From the IMG/VR virus record IMGVR_UViG_3300025098_000027: a DNA stretch of 64,000 bases; one strand, written 5' to 3'. Made by a program: the position numbers and the translations under genes. Below, in pieces: positions 1 to 9,100 of the stretch. Position 1 is the first letter of the stretch; every line of letters begins with the position of its first letter. Source of the DNA: an uncultured virus (IMG/VR IMGVR_UViG_3300025098_000027). Its lineage: Duplodnaviria; Heunggongvirae; Uroviricota; Caudoviricetes. Under the pieces are notes generated by a model. That model ran no database searches, was not told where the DNA came from, and worked only from the letters and a program-made list of their open reading frames with translations.

Positions 1-3000
1 AACGCAACACCTCAATACGAATTAGACGTCACAGGTACAACACGTACAACAAATTTAACAGTTACTAATAGAGCAGATATTGGAGATGTAAATATCCAAA
101 ATAATACCATCTGGAGTGATGGCCAATATCTTAACTTAGGTACCCTTGATAATATAGTTTATAATAATAAATTACGTGTAGATGACATTGATATTGAAGG
201 TAATGTCATCAGTACAAACACATCAAATTCAAACTTAGAACTACGTCCAAACGGCACAGGTACTGTAGAAGTACTAGCAGATATGAACGTCGGTGGAAAC
301 ATTCACGCAACTGGTAATATATCTGCAGATGGTAATATTACACTAGGCGATGCTGACACCGATAATATTACGTTTAATGCTGATGTTGCTAGTAATATTA
401 TTCCAGATATAGACAGAACTTATACACTAGGTACAGCAGGAACAGTATATTCAGAAGGCTCTACTTATACAGCAGGCGACATTACAATAACTGTAAACAA
501 CGGCACTGGAACACTATCTATACCAGCAGCCGGCGTTGTTTGGGTAGACGATGTAGCATCAGAAACAACAGGATATTATTATCTAATAACACTAAACACA
601 ATATCAGGTACTAGATATTCTGCAACTACTACTACTGCCTGGACTGGAACAAATCCGCAAACAGTAAGTGTATCTGTTCCAGATATTCCTAACGGAACAT
701 ACAACGTTACACAAATACAAAAAGATGCTAAACGTTGGGACGATGTTTGGGTTAGGTCTATTACTACTGACGGTGTTAATACTGGTAACATTAGTGTTGA
801 TGGTATTAATTTAACATTACGTCAAGGAAATATTTATTATGTTGCTGAAAACGGTGATGATGCAAACTATGGTGATCATCCGCAAGATCCGTTTGCATCA
901 TTGGCTTACGCATTAAGTGTTGCAGCAACAGATGTTAGTAACGGCGAACTTGCTCCAACTATACATATTCTTCCAGGTGTGTACACAGAAACATTTCCGT
1001 TAACAGTTCCAGCAGGCGTTACAGTTAAAGGCGAAAGTTTAAGAAGTGTAAAAATTGTTCCTACAGTAGCAACACAAGATTTAGATGCATTTTTGCTAAA
1101 TGGCGAAAGCACTATAGAAGATGTCACAGTTGCAGATTTTTATTATAACAGTGGCAACGACACAGGATATGCTTTCCGTTTTGCTACAGGGTTTACTGTA
1201 ACTAGTCGTAGTCCGTATATTAAAAACACTACAGTAATTACAAAAGGTAGCGTAACAAGCCCAAGTGATCCAAGAGGTTTTGCACAAGGTGATGCTGGTA
1301 AAGGCGCTCTAGTAGACGGCAGTGCCGCCACAACAAACAGTCGCGAAGCAGCAATGCTTTTCCACGCAGCAACATTTATTACACCAGGTGTAGATGCACT
1401 TACAGCAACCAACGGTGCTAGAATTGAGTGGTTAAACTCATTTACTTACTTTGCTGATAGAGGATTATATGCATTTGACGGAACAACTGGATTAAAGGGT
1501 GACGGTAAAACACGCATTAGACTAAGTGGCTTATCAGGAACTGCTCCGGCAGCAGCACAAACTGTAACATTTACGTCAACAGACAGTTCAACAGTAGTTG
1601 GCCCATTAACAATTGAAAGTGTTGAAAACGGCGATATACTTATTGTTGATGGTAAGAATACAGACTTAATTGGCTTTGACACAACACCAGCAACTATTGC
1701 ATTTAGTGGAGGCGGCTCTGCAACTACAATTGAAAATGTAGATGTACGAGACTTTGGTGCTGAAATTAGAATGATTGGTAGTGCTAGTGTTTATGGTAAC
1801 TTTGGATTAGTAGGTGACGGACCGGGTGTATTAGTTTACGCTATTGGACATAATCTAGCATATATTGGTAACGGAAAAGAAGTTACTAATGAAACAAGTA
1901 CAGTTATTCAAGCAAACGAAGTAGTTGAAACAAATGATGCACAGATACGTTATAACTCAGTAGACCACAAAGGTGACTTTAGAGTTGGAGATTTATTTTA
2001 TGTAAATCAAGAAACAGGTAGTGCTGCATTTAGTGTTAGCGACTTTATTATTAACACAACTAATGGAGTTTCTTTTAATACAGGAAGCGATACTACATTT
2101 GTAGACGGAACTAAAATTGAAACTGGTGACTGGCGTATTAGTGGCAACACTATTCAAACTCTAACGCAAGACGCAGACTTTGCAGCAGCAAGTGGACAAA
2201 TTAATTTATTAGATAACGTTGACATTACTGGTGATTTAGATGTCACAGGTAATGTAACTATTGGCGGCAACATTACAATTGGTGACGAAGCAAGTGATAC
2301 TATTCAGTTTGTTGCAGGAATTGACAGTGATATTATTCCAAGATTAGATAGCACATATAGCTTAGGTACTGCTACAAAAACTTGGAGCAATTTGTATGTA
2401 AATCAAATCGATGTAGATAGTTTACAAATACGTGACAATTATATTACAACAACAGAAACAGAAGCAGACTTAGAGCTACGTGCAGCAGGCACAGGTCAAG
2501 TAGTTGTACCTAGTAACAATGTACAAATAGATAATGATCTAACTGTAGATGGAACAGTTACACTTGCTAATACAGCTATTACAGGCACACTAACACTAGT
2601 TGGTGATTTAAATCAAACAGGTAATTATACACTTACTGAAGATTTAACTGTTGGACAAAATCTAACTGTTGGTGCCGCAGCACAGTTTGAAGAAATATTA
2701 ATTAATAATAATTTTATTACAACTACTACAACTGATGTAGATTTAGAATTACGTGCTAACGGAACTGGCGAAATACTTGTTCCTAGTAACGATGTAAATA
2801 TTACCAACAACTTATCAGTTACAGGCGACATTGATGCTAATAACTTAACAGTTACAGCAAACATAACAGCAAATGATGCTAACATTGGCGATATACAAAT
2901 TAGTGGAACAACTGTAGAAGCAACAGCTTCAACTGCAGATTTAGAATTACGTGCTAATGGCACAGGGGTTGTGACTGTTCCTACTAGTGATGTTGTATTT

Positions 3001-5394
3001 GGCCAAGCATTAACAGTTAACGGTACTACTGATTTACAAAGCGTAAACGTAAGCGGTGGCTTAGTGCATTTTGGTAATACTGTACAAACAGGTACCTTTA
3101 CTCTTTCTGGGGGAGAGTTTACAAACGGCAATATTAGCATTGACGGAAACACAATTGAAACAACTGACACAAGTTCAAACTTAGAACTACGTGCAAATAG
3201 TAGTGGTATTATCAGTATACCAACTAATAATGTTACAATTACAAACGACCTAGATGTAGACGGTATTACTAATCTAGACGATACAAATATTGACGGCACA
3301 TTAACACACGTTGGCAGCACTACACAAACTGGTAACTACACCGTTACTGGCGCATTTACAAACGGCACTATACAAATAGATAGTAATGTAATTGAAACTA
3401 CAGTTACTACCAGCGACTTAGAACTACGTGCTAATGGCACAGGTACAATTAATTTCCCACAAAATGATGTTACATTTGGTCAAACACTAACAGTAAGTGG
3501 TAATACAGATTTACAAGATACAAATATAACAGGGTTAGTTACACACGTAGGCAATACTACACAAACTGGTAACTTTACAATCGCCGGCGAAATTAGCAAT
3601 GGTACTATTTTAATTGAAGATAATTTTATTACAACTATTGATACAAATGTAGATTTAGAATTACGTGCTAACGGAACTGGCGAAGTTCTTATTCCTAATA
3701 ACGATGTTAGAATTACTAATAACCTATTTGTTAACGGTGATGCTACATTAGGTGACACAACACTAACAGGTAATGTAAATATTACAGGTGACATAACACA
3801 AACTGGCGATTATTCAATTACAAGTGATCTTTCAGTTGGTGGAGATTTAACAGTTACACGTTCTGCACAGTTTGAAGAAATATTAATAGATGATAATTTT
3901 ATTACAACTACCACAACCAGTGTAGATTTAGAATTACGTGCAAACAACACAGGTAAAATATTATTACCAGATAATGATTTACATATTGCAAATGATTTAA
4001 CAGTAGACGGCACAATTACTGTAGGCGATATTAATTCAGCAGGAACTATTACTGCTAACAGATTTAGTACTGGCAACATATTAATTGATGATAACTTTAT
4101 TACTACAACGCAAAGTAATAGTGATCTAGAACTTAGAGCAAATCAAACAGGTAATGTAACAGTACCAAGTAACGATGTTATAATAGAACAAACTTTAACT
4201 GTAAACAGCGACGCTGATCTAGACGATACAACTATAACAGGTACTCTTACACACGTTGGTGACACTACACAAACTGGCGACTTTGGACTGTCAGGTAACT
4301 TAACAGTTTCGGGAGATATTAATTCTAGTGGAATACAGCTTGACGATATACGACTTGTAGGTAATGTATTAACCACAACATTGTCACAAAGCGATCTAGA
4401 ACTTAGAGCCAACGGTACTGGTATTATTACCATACCAAACAATGATGTTGAAATTACAGGCGACTTAACAGTTAACGGAATCTTAACAGTTACAGATGTT
4501 GATAGTATTGGTACTATTAGCGCCAATACTTTTCATACCGGCGATATACTTGTAGATGATAATTTTATTACAACAACAATCACAAGTAGTAATCTAGAAT
4601 TACGGGCATCTGACACAGGTAGTATTGTAATTGATACATTTAGTATTAATAATAGTACAATTAGTTCAACTGGCGATATAACAATTCAGTCAGGAAGTGA
4701 AGCGGTTATTATTGATGCTACGGGCTCACTTAAATTACCGTCTGGTGACACTAGTCAACGTCCAACTGGAGTTGCAGGACAAATTAGATTTAATTCAGAG
4801 CTTGCTAGATTTGAAGGATTTAATGGCACTAACTGGATTAATTTAAAAGGTGTTGAAGACTTAGATGGCGATACCCGTGTTACAGCCGAACTTACTGAAG
4901 GTGCAAATGACGATAAAATTAGATTTTATAATGCAAACACGTTAACAGTAGATATTGATCAAAATAGATTAAATGCACTAAAAGTAACCGTAGATGACAT
5001 CACCATTGATGGTAATTTGATAAGTACAACTACAAATAATACTGATTTAGAATTAACGGCAAATGGTGTTGGTTCTGTTAAGTTTGACAACTTTGCGTTT
5101 AAAGATAATACCATAACTAATACAGTTGCTGATAGTGTAACAACTTTTGAAGCAACTAACAATGGTTATGTTAAGTTTGATGGAACATATGGTTTAGTTA
5201 TACCAGCAGGCGGAAATGCAGCAAGACCGCCAGTTGCATATACAGAAGTTGGTCAATTACGTTGGAACACAGATGCAGCAAGAACTGAAATATATGACGG
5301 CGCAAACTGGGTATCAGTTGCAGGTTCGTCAGCAGGTATATCAAGAGCAGAAGCTGAAGAAATAGCATTCGAAATTGTATTGAGTTTAGGATAA
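1..5394 (+). CDS. Giant repetitive virion fibre/structural protein, 5'-truncated by the window edge
   Basis: Frame 1 is open from base 1 (NATPQYELDVTG...NLELRPNGTG...) into the listed 283..5394 ORF. It has about 12 (D/N)LELRA(N)GTG repeats, a beta-helix-like segment (YYVAENGDDAN...ILPGVYTETFPLTVPAGVTVKGESLRSV) and two C-terminal LPxGxxxxRP...GQ(I/L)R(F/W)N motifs typical of phage fibres. Confidence 0.75.
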   Translation, partial: NATPQYELDVTGTTRTTNLTVTNRADIGDVNIQNNTIWSDGQYLNLGTLDNIVYNNKLRVDDIDIEGNVISTNTSNSNLELRPNGTGTVEVLADMNVGGNIHATGNISADGNITLGDADTDNITFNADVASNIIPDIDRTYTLGTAGTVYSEGSTYTAGDITITVNNGTGTLSIPAAGVVWVDDVASETTGYYYLITLNTISGTRYSATTTTAWTGTNPQTVSVSVPDIPNGTYNVTQIQKDAKRWDDVWVRSITTDGVNTGNISVDGINLTLRQGNIYYVAENGDDANYGDHPQDPFASLAYALSVAATDVSNGELAPTIHILPGVYTETFPLTVPAGVTVKGESLRSVKIVPTVATQDLDAFLLNGESTIEDVTVADFYYNSGNDTGYAFRFATGFTVTSRSPYIKNTTVITKGSVTSPSDPRGFAQGDAGKGALVDGSAATTNSREAAMLFHAATFITPGVDALTATNGARIEWLNSFTYFADRGLYAFDGTTGLKGDGKTRIRLSGLSGTAPAAAQTVTFTSTDSSTVVGPLTIESVENGDILIVDGKNTDLIGFDTTPATIAFSGGGSATTIENVDVRDFGAEIRMIGSASVYGNFGLVGDGPGVLVYAIGHNLAYIGNGKEVTNETSTVIQANEVVETNDAQIRYNSVDHKGDFRVGDLFYVNQETGSAAFSVSDFIINTTNGVSFNTGSDTTFVDGTKIETGDWRISGNTIQTLTQDADFAAASGQINLLDNVDITGDLDVTGNVTIGGNITIGDEASDTIQFVAGIDSDIIPRLDSTYSLGTATKTWSNLYVNQIDVDSLQIRDNYITTTETEADLELRAAGTGQVVVPSNNVQIDNDLTVDGTVTLANTAITGTLTLVGDLNQTGNYTLTEDLTVGQNLTVGAAAQFEEILINNNFITTTTTDVDLELRANGTGEILVPSNDVNITNNLSVTGDIDANNLTVTANITANDANIGDIQISGTTVEATASTADLELRANGTGVVTVPTSDVVFGQALTVNGTTDLQSVNVSGGLVHFGNTVQTGTFTLSGGEFTNGNISIDGNTIETTDTSSNLELRANSSGIISIPTNNVTITNDLDVDGITNLDDTNIDGTLTHVGSTTQTGNYTVTGAFTNGTIQIDSNVIETTVTTSDLELRANGTGTINFPQNDVTFGQTLTVSGNTDLQDTNITGLVTHVGNTTQTGNFTIAGEISNGTILIEDNFITTIDTNVDLELRANGTGEVLIPNNDVRITNNLFVNGDATLGDTTLTGNVNITGDITQTGDYSITSDLSVGGDLTVTRSAQFEEILIDDNFITTTTTSVDLELRANNTGKILLPDNDLHIANDLTVDGTITVGDINSAGTITANRFSTGNILIDDNFITTTQSNSDLELRANQTGNVTVPSNDVIIEQTLTVNSDADLDDTTITGTLTHVGDTTQTGDFGLSGNLTVSGDINSSGIQLDDIRLVGNVLTTTLSQSDLELRANGTGIITIPNNDVEITGDLTVNGILTVTDVDSIGTISANTFHTGDILVDDNFITTTITSSNLELRASDTGSIVIDTFSINNSTISSTGDITIQSGSEAVIIDATGSLKLPSGDTSQRPTGVAGQIRFNSELARFEGFNGTNWINLKGVEDLDGDTRVTAELTEGANDDKIRFYNANTLTVDIDQNRLNALKVTVDDITIDGNLISTTTNNTDLELTANGVGSVKFDNFAFKDNTITNTVADSVTTFEATNNGYVKFDGTYGLVIPAGGNAARPPVAYTEVGQLRWNTDAARTEIYDGANWVSVAGSSAGISRAEAEEIAFEIVLSLG
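2735..3684 (+). repeat. 38-bp exact direct repeat inside the fibre gene (2735-2772 and 3647-3684)
   Basis: ATGTAGATTTAGAATTACGTGCTAACGGAACTGGCGAA occurs twice and encodes VDLELRANGTGE. Confidence 0.85.
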
Positions 5395-5398
5395 AAAG

Positions 5399-5728
5399 AT
5401 GGCAACAGTATTTAGAAATAAAGTAATTAACAATGTAGGCGTAGTGCCTATTGACATTTACGAGACCGATGCAAGTACTCGGGCAACAGTAATTGGGCTA
5501 AGTTTAACAAACCTAACACAATCTTTTGTGTATGTAGATGTATTAGTTCAAGATGATACAAGTATAACAGGTTATTATTTAAAAGAAACACTACTTCCAG
5601 CAAACACTAGTTTGCGTGTAGTAGCAACAGGTGAAAAATTAATTATCGCACCAAGTAATAAATTACAAGTGCGTTCAAGTATAGACGACAGCGTTGACGT
5701 TGTTGCAAGTATAGTGGAGATTGTATAA
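5399..5728 (+). CDS. Small beta-rich virion protein, paralogue of 19431..19766
   Basis: 109 aa. Shares the pattern IY...ATV...N.T...V...YL..ET..P.N..L with 19431..19766. Confidence 0.6.
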   Translation: MATVFRNKVINNVGVVPIDIYETDASTRATVIGLSLTNLTQSFVYVDVLVQDDTSITGYYLKETLLPANTSLRVVATGEKLIIAPSNKLQVRSSIDDSVDVVASIVEIV

Positions 5729-6102
5729 TGAGTCATTACATAGGTAATAATCCAGAATCAATTGTTCAGGGATTTATTAAACAATATTTTTACGGTATGC
5801 GTAGAAACGAAGACGGCGAATTGTTTTTGTTAAGAGTTGATCAACTTAGTGGACAAGGCACAGCAACTATAAACGACATTGGTGTTGGTGAAAACAACTA
5901 TCCCGACTTTGAAGAAGGGATTGACTTTTTAGAAGGTATTGATGCAAACCACGACATTGTATACGACAATTTAAGATATCAACAAATTAAGTGGGACGGA
6001 AGATTATTAACATATTACATTGATCCTACGGATGGACAATTTATTGCAAGAATTTCAGAAGATTATGTTTACCCTGATAATATTTCAGGACCAGGGTATT
6101 AA
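5728..6102 (+). CDS. Hypothetical protein
   Basis: 124-aa ORF, translationally coupled (TAATG) to the upstream gene. Confidence 0.6.
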   Translation: MSHYIGNNPESIVQGFIKQYFYGMRRNEDGELFLLRVDQLSGQGTATINDIGVGENNYPDFEEGIDFLEGIDANHDIVYDNLRYQQIKWDGRLLTYYIDPTDGQFIARISEDYVYPDNISGPGY

Positions 6103-6112
6103 GGAATAGAAA

Positions 6113-9100
6113 ATGGCAGAATTTAAACTAGAACGATTTAAGTATAACTGGAAAGGCGATTGGACAACAGCCACAGCATACAAACGAGACGATGTTGTAC
6201 GTGTTAACGGTAAGAGCTATGTTTGTATTATTACTCACGCAGCATCATCAACATTTGCTGCTGACTTAGATGCTACACTTCCAGGATCAGTACCACCGCA
6301 ACCGCAACCTCGATGGACAGTAATGACAAATGGTTTAAGTTTCACAGGTGACTGGGAACAAGGTACTGCATATAATTTAGGCGATATTGTAAAATATAAC
6401 GGATCTCTATGGAGATGTGTAATAAATCATAATGCTTCGTCATTTGGCAGTGATATAGGAAATTGGACAGCATTTAGTCAAACTACAAGTTTTGTAGGAG
6501 TTTGGACAGCTAGTACTTCTTATGCACCAGGTGCAGTTGTAAGCTATAACGGCAATGCATACAAGTGTATGATTGGACACATCTCGTCATCAGTATTAGA
6601 AGATAATATAAGCAATTGGGAAATATACCGTGAAGGCATAGAGTGGAGAGGAGAATTTTCTCCAAACACAGAATATCGAATTAATGATTTTGTAAAATAC
6701 GGCGGCGCAATTTATAGATGTATTGAAACTCATATAGCGACTATATTTGATGATAGTAAATTTACTATCGAAGTATACGGCTCAGAATACGATGGTATTT
6801 GGAACGACACTACAACTTATAATTTAGGTGATATTGTAAGACACACTGGTTATATGTACTATGCTATTTCTAATAATGTAAATTCAAAACCTTTTATTAG
6901 TTCCGACGGAGGAAGTACTGATTGGATAGTGTTAGCAAAAAATATAAACTTTAGAGGAAAATGGTTATCAACTAACTTTTATAAAACAGGTGACGTAGTT
7001 TTAAGAGGCGGCAACTTATATGTAGCATTAGTTAATATAGGTGGTGAATTTGATGAACAAGGGAATTTAATTAGCGGCGAATTTTTAGATAATAGTACTC
7101 TTGACTACCTTGATGACTCTACCTGGGAACTAATAGTGCCAGGCAAGTCATTAAAAGGAAACTGGACTGAAGGCGATATTTATAGTGTAGGCGATGTAAT
7201 TATCTTCAAAGGAACTTCATATACTTGTAATATTGAACACGAAGCAAGTTTTGTAAACTTTCCAGGAGATAACGGCAGTGGACGTTTTTACTGGGATATA
7301 CTAATCCAAGCAGGTCAACCTGCTGCTTTAGAAGTAAAGGGCGATTTACTTACTTATGGGGAGAACAGACAACTTGATGATGACGGAAGTACTGTATTTG
7401 ATGATAGTACTTTTGGAGATACTAGATTAGGCATTGGAGAATCAGAACAACTGGTGTCAGTATCATCGGATCTAGAAGTATATTGGAGAGATATACAAGA
7501 AGACGCAGATTCAATATGGGTTGCCTCTAATGGAATTGATGACGAAAACAGAGGAACTTTTCAAAAACCGTTTCGTACAATACGTTACGCAGCTGAATAT
7601 GTAGAAGATAACTTTGAACCTCTAACACCAGTAATAATAAGAGTAAGTACAGGAAAGTTTGAAGAAGTATCGCCAATTGTTATTCCAGCAGGATGTGCAG
7701 TTAATGGAGACGAATTACGTTCAACAACAGTATTAGCCAACAGTCCTATTAAGTTATACGAAGACTCGTACCAATATACACAACTGTATCTAACACACTT
7801 TATATCTATATTATTAGACATAATTACTGCTGTAGAAATTACGCCGCAATCTGGTAACGAAGTATCTCAAATTACAGAAGTATTAGAAGAAACAGGAGTA
7901 GGACCAGACGGAACTCCAATTTTTCAAGATAACTTTCCTGTATCGGATCTAACTGGTGCAAATTACATATTGTCGTTGATAACTGATTATCAAAACTATA
8001 TTGAATTTTATACTGGTGACGGAGATGTAAATCCTGATGTTGTAGGAACAAATACTATTTCAACTGACGCATTTGTTAAAAACGCAGGAGCATCATTAGA
8101 TATTAATAGAAACTTTATAGCACAAGAATTAATATCTTATATAAAGAATGAATATCCTGCTGTAACATTTGACGAACTGCAAATAAAAAACGATATAAGG
8201 CATTTACTAAGAGCATTTAAGAAAGATGCAAATTATCCCGGCAATTATCAAACATTATTATCAGCACAACGATACGCAAATTCTGTAAACGGTAGTGCAA
8301 CTACTAATTTATTTTATATGAGAGATACTACAGGTTTAAGAGATATGACAACTGGCGGCTTGCAAGGAGTTCTTAATCCACCAGGCGTATTTGAATTATA
8401 TCAGAAACCTACAGGAGGAGCATTAGTAAGTTTAGATCCGGGTTGGGGTCCAGATGACGAACGCACTTGGATTAAAAATAGATCTCCTTATATACAAGGT
8501 TTAACTAATACTGGTACTGGATGTATAGGTATGAAGGTTGATGGCGCATTACATAATGGCGGCAATAAGTCTATGACAGCAAACGACTTTACGCAAGTAC
8601 TAAGTGACGGCATTGGAGCTTGGATTACAAATAATGCAAGAGCAGAATTAGTTAGTGTGTTTACATATTATTGTCAGGTTGGTTACTTTGCTGAAGACGG
8701 CGGAATTATACGTGCAGCTAATGGTAACAACTCATACGGACGATACGGATCAATTGCTGACGGCAATGACGATACCGAAGTGCCACAGATTGCAGAAGCG
8801 TTTAACAGAAATAATCAAGCAACAGTATCAGAAGCGTTTGCTGGCGGAAGCAACGACGAAATTAAAATATTTGAATACTCAAATGCAGGCCAAAATTATA
8901 CCTCTGCTACTGCATCTATTGTAGGCGCAGGAGCCAATGCTAGTGTAGAATATACTGATTTTAGAGACGGAGGATTATTTGAAGAAAGATTAATTAGTGC
9001 AGATGGATCTAGTAAAGCAGGTGGTGCAGGATATCTAAGACGACAAGGTAGCGCACAAGAAACTGCTAATGCAGCAGCAACACTTAAACTTGCTGCTACC

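Noticed and set aside
2440..4620. Regularly recurring TTAGAA(T/C)TACGTGC as a possible CRISPR array
   Set aside because: The repeats are in-frame, vary at synonymous positions and are 180-280 bp apart. They are protein repeats, and no cas genes are present.
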